From assembly GCF_038025025.1 (NCBI RefSeq), contig NW_027117343.1:1736001-1800000 (forward strand): a stretch of DNA of 64,000 nt. The letters are read 5' to 3'. Both the position numbers and the translations under genes were made by a program. The notes below the pieces were generated by a model. It was not told where the DNA came from and searched no databases. It saw only the letters and a list, made by a program, of their open reading frames with translations. Below are positions 1 to 13,200 of this stretch, in pieces (position 1 is the first letter of the stretch; the number at the start of each line of letters is the position of its first letter). Source of the stretch: Phyllosticta citribraziliensis. Lineage: Eukaryota.

Positions 1-452
1 TATCTAACCTTAGTCTAATTAGGTAATTATCTAATTAGGATAACTTCTAATATCTAGAGGTCTTAAGACCTACTAATCTAGTCTAATTAGACTAGACCCT
101 ATAGAGTTCTAAGATATCTAACCTTAGTCTAATTAGGTAATTACCTAATTAGGATAACTTCTAATACCTAAAGGTTTTAAGACCTACTAATCTAGCCTAA
201 TTAAGCTAGACTTTATAGAGTTTTAAAGTATCTAACCTTAGTCTAATTAGGTAATTACCTAATTAGAATAACTTCTAATATCTAGAGTTCCTAAGACCTA
301 CTAATCTAGCCTAATTAGGCTAGACCCTATAGAGTTCTAAGATATCTAACCTTAGTCTAATTAGGTAATTACCTAATTAGGATAACTTCTAATACCTAGA
401 GGTCTTAAGATCTACTAATCTAGCCTATATAGTTAGGCTAGACCTTATAGAG
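1..452. repeat. 114-bp tandem repeat, at least 4 units (may continue left of the window), each with three palindromes
   Basis: Unit start TATCTAACCTTAGTCTAATTAGG recurs at 1, 115, 229 and 343 (period 114). Confidence 0.95.
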
Positions 453-740
453 TATACTACTTATAAAAAAGATAATAATACTTAGAAAGATTATAAGCCT
501 AGCTCTAACTATTAGTTTATATATAGGATGCTTCTATTTATTATACTAAATCTATTATTATAGTAGTAATAGTAAGTAATAATACTATATACTATATCCC
601 CTACCTACCCTACCTACTACTAGTAGGCTAGGTATCTAATACTATAGTACTAACTCTACCCTTATTCTTTACTATAAAATAAAGTCTATTACTACTTTCT
701 AGATCTACTTCTTATCCTAGTACTACTCTTCCTCCTCCTT

Positions 741-990
741 AATAAAGCCCTTATTATACTTATCTTTATCCTTAAAGCTATTTAATAGGATCTTAAGTAA
801 GTTTAGCTTCTAGTCTTATCTCTCTTTTTTAATAAAGCCCTTACTATACTTATTCTTATCCTCTAAGCTATCTAGTAGGACCTTAAGTAAGTTAAGCTTC
901 TAACCCTATCCTTCTTTTTTAATAAAGCCCTTACTATACTCTTCTTTATCCTTTAAATTAGCTAATAGGAACCTAAATAAGTTAAGCTTT
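741..990 (-). repeat. 90-bp (30-codon) tandem repeat, about 3 units, inside a RIP-degraded minus-strand reading frame
   Basis: AATAAAGCCCTTA at 741, 831 and 921. The minus frame reads KKER*D*KLNLLKILLNSFKDKDKYNKGFI, with only TAA/TAG stops explainable by RIP. Confidence 0.8.
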
Positions 991-3411
991 TAAGGCTTAT
1001 TTAAGTAGGCACGCTTCTTCTTATTAGATATAGTAGGGGGCTTATACTCTAGCTTAAAATAGGCCCTTCCCTATATTATAAGTTAGTAATAATAGAACCC
1101 TTATATTACCCTACTATATAGATATAGATTACTATCTACCTTCTACTTCTACTTCTATAGCTTACTACCTATAAACTAAGTAGTAGCTTTTATAGTAGAG
1201 GTACCCTTCTTAGTATCTTTAAAGTAGATCTAGATATAGCTAGTATTAATATAAGTATAACTAGTATAAGTACTACTAAATATAATACTATTTTCCTTAC
1301 TATTAGTCCTATTAGCTACCTTCTTATAAGATTTAAAAATACTACTACCCTTTAATAAGTAGGCCTTATAGGGCTTAATAGGGTAGAAGGCTAGATCTAA
1401 GTAATAACTAATAATAGATATAGTAGTATATTTAGTAGTAGAGTAGTCTAGTCTAGTATTAGGGTTATAAAAGTCTAGGGTAGTAATAATACTTAGTAAG
1501 GAGCTAACTATAGTATATAAGATAGGACTATTATATATAGTAGTATTATTATAGCTTATTACTAGGAGGGTCTTAATATTAGCTTATTTTATCTTACTAT
1601 AGCTATAATCTAGTAGTAGGTTAGTAGTAGTATACTTATACCTTAATAGGGTTAAAGGAGTAGATATATCTAGTAATTATTAGTATAGTACCTCTACTAC
1701 TTATTTAAGGTTATAGCTTATCTTATTCTTATTATAGTTACTTACTAGTCCTTATAGAAGCTAGGAATATAGGTAGGGTAGGGTAGGAGCTATATAGAGA
1801 GATATAGGGCTAGAAGAGGATATAGCTTAGTACTAGTAAGGTATTCTTTTATATTACTAAATCTATACTAGCTATTTACTAGTACCTATACCTACTATAG
1901 AAAGTTATAGCTATAGGTATAAGTATAGGTACTAGTAGTAGTAGTATAGGTAATTTAATTTATTTAGTTTCCCTCCTATATATATTACCTCCCTCTATTT
2001 TACTATCTCTACTTATAGAGACCCCCCTATATATATAATATTAAATTAGGTAGTTTAATTATAGAGTAGGCCCTAGTAGACTTCCTAGATATATATACTC
2101 TAGTATTTATATATTCTTATAATTACTAGATTTTTATTATATATATATTATATAATATAATTTAGGTTAAGAAGTAGTAGTCTACTACTTATAATATATT
2201 TACCTATTTAGTCTTATAGAAGGTAAGCCCTATAATATATAACCTTATAACTAATAATTCTAGTTTAATAACTCTCTTATTACCTAAATCTTAGCCTCTT
2301 TACTATATACTAGATAGGGTTAAAACTACTTATATACTTTATTAATATTATTATTATAACCTCTTATTTATCCTTCTATATATAAAGAATACTAAAATTA
2401 TATCTTTAACCTCTACTTCTTACTACTAGTCTAAGGATACTATCTCTAAAACTATATTAATAATTAAGAGGTTCTTTATTTATCCCTTTAGTTAGCTCTA
2501 GTATTAGGGCCCTAGTAAGGTCTTTAAGTACTTTTATTTTATTATCTTATATTAAGGAGTGCCCCTTAAGTCCTATATCTAGTTAGGAGACTAGCTATAA
2601 GCCCTCTTCCTCTATTATTAGTACGTTATCTAGGCCTTATAACTTAATAACTTCTATTACTTCTTTAACTCTAGGCTTATAAAAGAGCTCTTTAGCTATA
2701 TAGAGTCTTAAAAGTATATTAATATAGTTATAATTAGTAGAAAGGAACTTATACTATAGACCTTTAACTATATTATCTACTTATTACTCTATACCTCTAC
2801 TACTACTATTAAAGCCCCCTATTATAGGTAGTATAACTACTATAGTAAGTAGCTAGGCTACTTCCCTTACTTAGTCTATAAGGATAGGTATAGCTATATT
2901 CTAGATAGTAGATATACTAGTTATACTTTATCTAATAAGAAGTATAAGTTTCCTAGCTAGTATTAGCTACTATAGGATAATAGTATACCTAGATTAGATC
3001 TAAATAATACTAAAGTTATTATAATTAGTAGTAATAATAATAAGGCTAGGAGTAAGGATAATACTAGATAGGTAGATATTAATAATCTTAATAAGGAGCT
3101 TACTAAATACCCTCTTATCTATAGATCTAGATATATTAACTAGGAATATTAGATAATTATTTATAATAATTAAGGATAATACTAGATATATAGCTATCTT
3201 AATAATATAAGTTTACTTTACCTATCTTCTATATTATTTACTTTTACTCTATCTACCTAGTTAAAAGTTACTCTACTATACTTTATTTAGGTAGACTATA
3301 CTATAGGAAAGGGACTAGTCTAAGGATACTACTAATCTAATAATTATCTAATATTTACTTAAGAAGGACTAGGGTGTTATAGTATATATAATAAGGTAAC
3401 TTAGTTAATTT

Positions 3412-3834
3412 TATTACGACTTATAGATTTCTTATTATATAGGTAAGGGCTAAAGGTAAACTACTAGAGAATATATATATATCTTAATTAAATCTAATAA
3501 GTTAAAAGAATAAAATATAAAAGATACTTACTACTTATATATTTCCTAGTCCTTCCTTTATACTATTCTACCTCTTATCCTTTATATAAGGGTCCTTAGT
3601 TATTATTAGGTAAGTTATAAAGGTAAGGTATTAATAGGCTATTATATAGTATCTGCCTAGGGCTATAGTAGCTAGTACTAGGCTATAGTAGCTAGTACTA
3701 GCCTATAGGTTTTAGCCTGAGCTATAGTGGGCTGCTACCTAAGGTAAGGCTTATACTTCTTATAACTATATAATGCTAGGTTTATCTATACTAGCCCTAG
3801 TACTTATATAGGTATATATATACCTATTATAATA
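3412..3834 (-). repeat. 3' LTR of the Gypsy element
   Basis: 423 bp, near-identical to 4609-5031 and 11664-12086, adjacent to the PPT. Contains an internal 20-bp direct repeat GGCTATAGTAGCTAGTACTA x2 (3661-3700). Confidence 0.92.
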
Positions 3835-4608
3835 TACCCCCCCTAAAGAGAAGCTAAAATTATAGGAATTAGTAGCTATAGGCGCTTATATAGGTATAGA
3901 CTTATAATATATAATAGTAGTAATTTAGTAATTTAAGCATTTTATATAGTTATAAAGTATAATTATTAGTCTAGGTCTACTACTATACTATCTCTTTCTA
4001 TTACTATCTCTTTTACTATACGACCTATAGAAGGTTACTATCTTACTTAGCTATATCTAAAGCTCCCTATTAAAGTATATTATTACCCTAGTCTAATTTA
4101 GCTATAATCTAGTAAACTAACTATCGCGCATAAAGGTTCTAATAATTTAAATAATTTATACCCTACTAATAGTAAAGTAGACATTCCTAGCTACTATATA
4201 CTTAATATATCTACTACTTATTATAGTCTAGTCTATTAGGACTTATTACTATTATATAAGAGTTATAGTATTAAGTTATTATTATATAGTATTATTTATA
4301 ATCTATTATAGTTACTACTTACTTAGAGAGCTATTTTAGCTAGTAGTATCTATAAGGACTATTATATAGAGTTCTAAAGTAAGTAAACTTTAATTCTATC
4401 TCTTTAGACTATTACTAATTATTATCTAGGCTATTAAGTAGTATTATATATCTAGGTTTTACTACTTTATCATCCTGTCTTACTAACTAATATAATTATA
4501 GAGGAGGATACTTATATAAAGACTTAGTTAGGCTAGGCTTTACTTATTTAGCTAGGAATAGCTATAGGCTTATTACTTTACCTATAGTATACTATAGTAT
4601 TAGGTTCT

Positions 4609-5031
4609 TATCACGACTTGCAGATTTCTTATTATATAGGTAAGGGCTAAAGGTAAACTACTAGAGAATATATATATATCTTAATTAAATCTAATAAGTT
4701 AAAAGAATAAAATATAAAAGATACTTACTATCTATATATTTCCTAGTCCTTCCTTTATACTATTCTACCTCTTATCCTTTATATAAGGGTCCTTAGTTAT
4801 TATTAGGTAAGTTATAAAGGTAAGGTATTAATAGGCTGTTATATAGTATCTACCTAGGGCTATAGTAGCTAGTACTAGGCTATAGTAGCTAGTACTAGCC
4901 TATAGGTTTTAGCCTAAGCTATAGTAGGCTGCTACCTAAGGTGAGGCTTATACTTCTTATAACTATATAATACTAGGTTTATCTATACTGGCCCTAGTAC
5001 TTATATAGGCGCGTGTACGCCTATTATAATA
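4609..5031 (-). mobile_element. Solo LTR of the same Gypsy family nested inside the full-length element
   Basis: 423-bp LTR copy with its own TSD GTTCT (4604-4608 and 5032-5036). Confidence 0.92.
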
Positions 5032-6049
5032 GTTCTACTTAATTAGTATTATTAGTTATTATATAAGGTTTATTATCTATAGCTATATAGCCTGCTACTA
5101 ACTAGTATATTATACCATATTACTACTAGTTTACTATTATATAGCCTATTTTAGAGGAAGAAGGTAAAGAGCCTATTTATATATACTATTATTATAATCC
5201 TATAGCTTATTAGGTTCTAGTAGCTAAGTACTTACTACCTACTACTTTATATAATAGCAGTAATAGTAAGATTTATATTATAGCATTACTAGTTAGCTCT
5301 AATAAGGTACCTATTAAGTAGGACTTTAAGTTAATACTTTATATTCCTTATAAGAATATAGAGAGTATTATATAAGTAAGTTTATCTTACTAATATAAGG
5401 GATTCTTATCTAACTAACTATATAGGTATACCTTAGTAGTTCTAAAGTATAAGAGCGCGCTAAATATATCTTAGTCTTAGATAATAGTATACCTTACTTA
5501 TATATTATAGTTTCTACTTAGTAATTTAACTACTTATTAGTTAAAACTTAAGCTAGCTTATATAATACTTTTCTTATCTAGTATACTAGAATTAATAACC
5601 CTATTAGCTGTACTAAGTATTATAATAATACTAATACTTATATATTTATTAGTTATTACTACCTACCTAGTTTCTTATAGGGCCGCTGCGCTAACTACCT
5701 TTAAGGTATAGGTAACTTAGACTATACTATTAGTAACTTAAAGGGTACTAAGCTACCTACTTATTATAAGAGGCGTAAAGATAAAATTTATATAAAGGAG
5801 TTCTAAAACTTATACTATTAAGCTAGGATAGAGGATTAAACTAATTAGGCTTTAGCTAAGTAGGACATCCTACCTAATAAGTTAAAGGATCTAGAGGAGA
5901 CTATCTTATATAATAATAGTTATAATAAGAAGAAGGGAAAAGGATAGAAGTAAAAGGTAAAAAGTAAAAAAGAGGGAAGTAGGGGATAAGTAGTAAAAAA
6001 GAGAGACTAGAGAGTAAAAGTTAAGATTAATAGTATTTATATAAGGGTA

Positions 6050-9000
6050 AATAGTAAACTAATTAGTCTACTTTCTATATCTTTATAATATTTACTATAG
6101 GCCTAAGTAACTTATTTTATTATTACTTTCTATTTTAATCTATAGTTCTTCTTAGAGGAAGGTAGTCTTCTATTTTTCTAGATTTTTTAGTAGTCCTACT
6201 ATAGTAGGGTATAATAAGTAGAATTCTTTAATTTTCTATAGTATACTACTAAAAGAACTTATATTATACTACTAGTTATCTTAGTTATATCTAGTCTATT
6301 TAACTTAGTATTAAAGCTTCCTATATAAGACTTAACTAGCTTAAATATAGTCTACTTCCTACTTAGGCTTATCTTAAATAATCTTAGGTTTAGGTTTAGT
6401 ATATTCCTAACTAGGAAGCTATTCTATTTTAGCCTTATATAGCCTATTAGTATAGAAAAGGTTAACTATCTTTATATATAAGGGAAGATTAAGGATATAG
6501 AAGGGTCCTTTTATTCCTATAATCTTAAAAGGTCTAGTATTAGGAAAGTCTAATTTAAGGTTTAGCTAATTAGTAGACTATTCTATTTTCTTAATATAGA
6601 TATAATCTCTAACTATAAAGTCTAGCGCGCGATAGTATTTATTAGCTTATTAGTATATATACTCTTAGGATTTAAGAATAAGATTCTTTATAAATTTAAA
6701 AGCTTCTTATCTTCTCTTTTATAGTATTTATACTACTATACGAGCTATTTTTTCTAGTTACTAGGGGGTTTTAGTTCTTTATTACTAGTTATAGTATAAT
6801 TAAGGGGAATATCCTAACTTAATCTTAAAAGGTAAAAGTCTAGTAGCTTTATAAAGAAGTATTACTTATATAAGGTCTATTAATAGTAGAAGATTAGACT
6901 AATTATTCTAAAAGTAATTAATAAAAGGTCTTAATCTTTATATAAGATACTAATTAATAATCTCTATAATACTATTAATTTAAGAGTAGTAGGATAAGTT
7001 AAAATACTACTCTATACTAGTTAGCTTATATAGTTTATTTATAAATACTAAGATAAACTAAGGGCCTTAGTTAAATAGAATAGACTTAGGGTTTCTATAA
7101 ATATAGTAGATATATTTATAAAAAAGCCTAGAGACTCCTTTAGTATTAATCTTCTTTATATAAGGTAAGCTAAAGGTTCTTTAACTTAACTAGTCTATAA
7201 TAACTAGGATTATATTATAGCCTTTTTAGTCCTTAGGCATCTCTTTAAAATCTATAGCTAAGTATTACTAGGGTTAAGTAGGAATCTCTAGGGGTTATAA
7301 AAGGCCTAGGTCTTTATTATAAAACTCTTTTATTTAGTAGTAAATATAGTATCCTTACCTATAAATATTAATCGTGTAATTTATAGCTAGCTAATAATAA
7401 TATTACTTAAGGAGTTTTTATATCTTTATAATACTAAGATAGGTAGTTATATAGGTAGTATATAAAGTATTAAGTATTCTTATATAGAGGTTATTATAAT
7501 CTAGTATAAAGAGTATACTATATTATAGTAAAAGACTATCTTTTAGTTTCTAACTATTTCTTTATTTAAGGTCCTCTAAGAGGGCTTTCTATCTTTAGAG
7601 TTCTAATTTAAAATCTTCTTAGTTTATATAGAGGAGTTTATCTAAAAATAATACTAGAAGAGGAAGTTCTTATTCTAAAATAGAAAGAGAGATAATAGTC
7701 TTTAATAGGATAAGATATATCTCTTATATAGCTTTTACTTTTTCTTTCTAAGTCTTTAGGTCTTCTTATTTTTAAGTAAGATAATTAGTAATAATATTTT
7801 CCTTTCCTAGTTAATAAGAGAATTATATATAGAATTCTATAAAAAACTTAGACTATCTAGCTTATTATTAATTAAGTTATTATTTAGTAGAGTAGTACTC
7901 TAATACCTAATAGTCTATAATTATAAGAAAAGGTTTTTTAAGGCTAATAAGTATTAGTCTCTATTCTTCTAGTCTATTCTTAATAGCTAGTAGTTCTTTA
8001 TCTAAAATTCTATAATAAAGTTCTATATCTACTATTACCTTAGAGTAGAACGCTACTAGTTTCTAATTATATAAAGGTTACTAGAGCTATATTAAAATAC
8101 TAGTAGTAACTCTATTACTTATATTAGTCTCTATATAAGTATTAAGAGTAGGGTTATAATTAGCTAGGAGTATATTACTATATATTAGCTTCTTAAGTTA
8201 TTAAATTACCTCTTCTTCTAGGGGTCCTAGTTATTACTATTTTACCTTAGAGTATAGTTTCTCTAATAGCTAGCTAATTTATCTATAGTTAGGGAGAAAT
8301 TATTAGTAGAAATTATAGAAACCTAGGAAGGATTAAAGAGCTTTAAGGGTTTTTAGTATTAGCTAGTTTTATATAGGTTCTACTTTATCTAGGTCTATTT
8401 AAATGCCTTCTATAGAAATAATATATCTAAGAAACTTTATATAAGTAACTAAAAACTTACTCTTCTTTAAATCTACTTATAGTCCTACTTTTTATAGTCT
8501 TACTAGTACTTTTTTTACTTATTCCTTATACTCTATAGGGTTTTTAGAGATAATAAGTATATTATCTATAAAAGCTATAATAAAATCATCTAAATACTTA
8601 AAGAGAACCTGGTTAATAAAATATTAAAAGGCTATAGGTCTATTACTTAATCTAAATAGTAAGATATAGTATTTAAATAACCTATATCTTATATAGAAGG
8701 TGGTTTTATCTTTAGAATTCTTAATAAGATAAATATAGTAAAAAGCTTATTAAATATTAAGCTTAGTATAAATCTTGCCCTTTCTAATATACTAAAGCAA
8801 CTTTATAATAAGAGGGAGGGGGTATAAATCCTTAGTAGTTTATTTATTAAGCTATTAGTAGTCTATATAGAATCTCTATCCCCTACTAGGCTTTTTTACT
8901 ATAAGAATAGGAGAAGTATAAATAGTAAAGCTCTCTATAATAAAGCCTTTCTAAATATTCTTAATAATATACTCTTTTATAGCCTTAAGCTGCTCTAGAG

Positions 9001-11300
9001 ATATTCTATAGAGAGGGCTAGATAGAAGCTCTAGTAGACTATTATATATAAGAGATATTTTATAATTAACTCCTATATAATATAGTAGTAGCTTATTAGA
9101 CTCTATTTTAGAAAATACATCTTAAAATTCCTTATAAGTAGCTAGTAGCTTAGAAGCTAATAATTCCTTAGTTTCTTTATCTTTAAGAGCTACTTAAACT
9201 TATATAAGGTTAATAGTATAGATCTCTATTAGTATAACTTATATTTTATAGATAGAAAGCTTAAAAGTATCTTAAGTTTAAAATTTAATTCCCTTAATAA
9301 CCTATACTAAGAGAAGAAGGTATTTATTAAAGTTTTTATCTCTATAGTCTATATCTACTTAATATTCTTTCTATAGTTTATTACTTTATATAGAGACTTT
9401 TAGTAGGTATAAAAGATACTAAAAGGATTAGTTAACTAGTAGCTATCTCTAGACTAGTTTATATTATTTATAGTCTAGAAGAATATTATACTAGTTAAAA
9501 AACTATTATCTAAGAATTATATTATTATAGCTAATATTATAAATAAAAGTATAAGTAGAAACTATTTAATCCTAGAAGTAGAGTTAAAGATAAAAGTAAA
9601 AATTAACTTTCTTATTTATATATTAGTTAAACCTAGTAATATTAAGCCCTTTACCTATTATTCTCTTTTTTATAGCACCTATAGACTAGAGAGTTAGTAG
9701 TAGCTTAGAGTAAATAAAACTTATACTACTAGTACTAGTATTAGCTAGGGTATAAATTTCTAAGGTATAGCTATTAGATATAATTAAGGTTTATATAGTA
9801 AAGGGTATACCTCTAATAAAGTAACTAAGATTTATATAAGAACCCTTAATATATATTACTCTAAGTTTAGACCTATAGTAGGAGACTTTACTTAGGTCTT
9901 ATTATTTTCTAATAAAGACTAATCTCCTTTATTTATATAGATATCTTTAATACTTTCTTCTTTAACTAACTCTATTACCTTTATCTCTAGTTATAGGTAT
10001 TATCTCTATAAATAGCTAAACTAGCTATAGCAATTATATAGTCTAATCTCTATATAGACTTCTACTTTACCTTTATAGGTTATATTATATAAGGGAGCCC
10101 TAGATATAGATTATACCTAGATATAACTAGAAGATAAAGTACTTATACTATTTAAAATAGTTATCTTTACTTATTCTTATTATCTCTTCTTTACTTATTC
10201 CTTATATAATATAAGTATTAGTTTTCTATAGTTAGAATAGTAGTTACTAAGACTTTAAGTAATAGGGTAGGCTTATTAGAAGTACTTATAAAAGTTAATA
10301 TCCCTATCTTACTCTATAGTAACTATATAGGTTTAAAGGAGAGGATCTATTATATTATAAAAGTCCTCTTTCTACTATTCCTAGGAAAGATCTATATTTA
10401 AGGCTAATTATATAAAGTTTAATTAAAACTTCTAAAGGTCTATAGGGATATAGTATATAAGAGAGTATAACTACTTCTTTATATCCTTATATTTATATAG
10501 ACTCTAAAGGAGGTTATCTAGAAATTTAAAGATATCCTTATTTAGAGTAACTTTATTAGCCTTTATATAAGAAGTAAGGAAAGGAGTTAGGTAATATAAG
10601 ACTTCTCTACTAATATAGGAAATAATATAACCTATAATATTCTATTTAGTCTCCTCTACTATATCTTTAGTAAAGTAATTATAGTTTTATTTAATTTTAT
10701 TTTATATAAGGAGGGTCTAGTATTTATATAAGGGGTCTTCTCTATTAGTAAGAAGAGGAGGATTAGGAACCTTACTACTTTAGTATTTCTTACTATTTAA
10801 AGATAAAGTAGAGGTTTTAGTAGTAGTTTTCTTTATATAGTTAGGAGGAGGTCTAAGAGTCCTTATAACTCTACTAGTAGAAGGATCTTAAGAGAGGGTA
10901 ATAGGTCTTAGGTACTAAGCTAATAAAGAGGGCCTAATATATCCTTCCCTTAGAACTTCCCTAAGTCTATTAGTATAGTTTAAGAGTATTTACTTAAGAG
11001 CCTAGTTTTACCTTTATATATAGTTTAGTTACTACTATACTTAAGACTTATTTAAGGATATAATCTTAGATTTAAATTAATTAATATCTAAGTATAGTAC
11101 CTTTATAAACGCCTCTATAACTAGAGCTTAAACTATATAAGTTAACCCTAGGTCTTAGGTATATTCTTTTACCTCTACTACTAGGACTAAGTAGAAATTA
11201 TATAGGAGAATAGGGGTAGGTCCTCTCTTATTATTATTTAATAAGTATCTAGTATTATATAAATCTTTAGTTCTTTTATATAAATCTTATTAGGTTAATT
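6050..11300 (-). pseudogene. RIP-degraded gag-pol (RT, RNase H, integrase); boundaries approximate
   Basis: Minus-strand translation: RT DKTTF.IRYRLFKY.ILLFRLSNRP..F..FINQVL..YLDDF..AFIDNILI (~8545-8710; FIDN derived from FxDD). RNase H DKELLAI (~7982-8002). Integrase core SILFN*GP*F...SYYS*INS..E..N*YL (~6935-7085; derived from SDRGPQF/YHPQTDG) and GPF (6500-6508). Confidence 0.9.
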
Positions 11301-11663
11301 AACTAGTACTAATACCTTTAGTAGTACTAGATATATTAGCTTTATTCTTAGCTATACTATCTTTATAGTCTTCTACTTAGAATATCCCTTAAGTAGGTTA
11401 TAAATAGGATACCTTCTAGATATTTATATACTGCCCTATAGCCTTAACTAAAGACTTCTATAGTTAATATATACTTAATACTCCTTAGTCCTTAGATAAT
11501 ACTAATACGCCTAATAAAGATAACTTAGGTTTATTAGGGAAAAGTAATAAGTAGTCTTATATAAGACTATAGCTATATATAATATTACTTAGGTTAAATA
11601 TTATAATACCTTTATAGGTAAAGAAGTAGGATAGAGCTAAAACTTAGAATAATCTTTTATATC

Positions 11664-12086
11664 TATTATAACTTATAGATTTCTTATTATATAGGTAAGG
11701 GCTAAAGGTAAACTACTAGAGAATATATATATATCTTAATTAAATCTAATAAGTTAAAAGAATAAAATATAAAAGATACTTACTATTTATATATTTTCTA
11801 GTCCTTTCTTTATACTATTCTACCTCTTATCCTTTATATAAGGGTCCTTAGTTATTATTAGGTAAGTTATAAAGGTAAGGTATTAATAGGCTGTTATATA
11901 GTATCTACCTAGGGCTATAGTAGCTAGTACTAGGCTATAGTAGCTAGTATTAGCCTATAGGTTTTAGCCTAAGCTGTAGTGGGCTGCTACTTAAGGTAAG
12001 GCTTATACTTCTTATAACTATATAATGCTAGGTTTATCTATACTGGCCCTAGTACTTATATAGGCGCGTATACGCCTATTATAATA
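11664..12086 (-). repeat. 5' LTR of the Gypsy element
   Basis: 423 bp, matches the other two LTR copies and lies upstream of gag-pol on the minus strand. Confidence 0.92.
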
Positions 12087-12149
12087 AATTTAGTAATAGT
12101 TAGTATTATTATTATAAGGGGATAGAGTAGTAGTTAGGGTTTAGATCTA

Positions 12150-13200
12150 CTTATAGCTAGTATATCTATATAATTAGTATCTATATCTATACTTATACTA
12201 GATCTAGTACTAATAGGCTTAATAGGCGTATATTTACTAACTTATAGGGTAATAATAGTATAGTAGGGAGAAGTAATAGATTAGAATATAGTATTACTAT
12301 TTTCTAAGCTTAGTACCTTATAACTTACTACCTATCCTTCTCTATAATATTATAGTTAGCTGGCTTATAGTTATATAGCTAATATAGTAGGTCTAGTATA
12401 TAGTAGTATCTAATAAATAGTAGATATATAAAGTTACCTAGGGATAGAATTAGTATACTATAGTCTATAAGGAGGTTATTAAATAGTTAAAGGTATTAAC
12501 TATTATCTACTATAGATATAATCTATTCTCTTAGTCTTAGGGTCTTCTTTCCCTACTAGTACTTACTAATAATTATACTACTAGTAAAGGAAACTACCTC
12601 TACTAGTAGGGTATAGAGCTTACTATTATAGAAGAGTAGTATATCTATAGTACTAGATAGGAGGATAAACTTAGAGTCTTATAACTTATTACTATAGAGG
12701 ATGTCCTATAGAAGCTAGTAGTAAAAAGGCTATATAAACTCTTTATACTAAAGAATAATATTAGAAATACTATATTCTATATTATTAATTTCTAGTAGTA
12801 TAATTTACTATAGCTAGGACTATTACCCTAGGCGTACCTATTTAATCTTCTAGTATAACTAGTAGATAATTAGAATTAAATATAGAAACCTTATATAGTA
12901 AGACTTACTATAAGAGTTATATATCTATAAAGAATTATATTAGAGGATATTATTATATAGCGCGTTTATATCTACTAATATTAATATCTAGTAGCACTCC
13001 TACTCTACTATAAAGTATATAGTAATAATAGAGCTACTAGTATTATATATCTAGTTATATAGGCTCTTAGGGAGGGGCTATTCTTTAGCTATTAAATCTA
13101 GAATAGAGAACTAGTACCTAAGAAGCTCTATTCTAAATAGCTACTAGGTAGTACTAGCTCTAATAGACGGGTATTAGGCTATTAATAGATCTAGATTTAA
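12150..13200 (-). pseudogene. RIP-degraded ORF with a possible Ulp1/C48 protease catalytic core
   Basis: Minus frame reads EC-Y-*-ILILVDINALYNNIL*YNSL (~12928-12999), which de-RIPs to ECHWxLxLVD...IL.YDSL. EINNIEYSI (~12766-12790) further on is compatible with an ..ECG. motif. This is an inference from reversing RIP by eye. Confidence 0.35.

Larger units (their letters stand above)
3412..12086 (-). mobile_element. Full-length Ty3/Gypsy LTR retrotransposon, RIP-inactivated
   Basis: Two 423-bp direct LTRs (3412-3834, 11664-12086) with TA..TA ends (RIP-converted TG..CA). TSD AATTT at 3407-3411 and 12087-12091. Polypurine-tract-like AGGGGGGTA on the minus strand next to the left LTR (~3835-3843). 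Minus-strand pol remnants in Gypsy order RT-RNaseH-IN. Confidence 0.92.

Noticed and set aside
1..452. CRISPR-like appearance of the palindromic array
   Set aside because: Units repeat in full with no unique spacers, there are no cas genes, and the DNA is eukaryotic.
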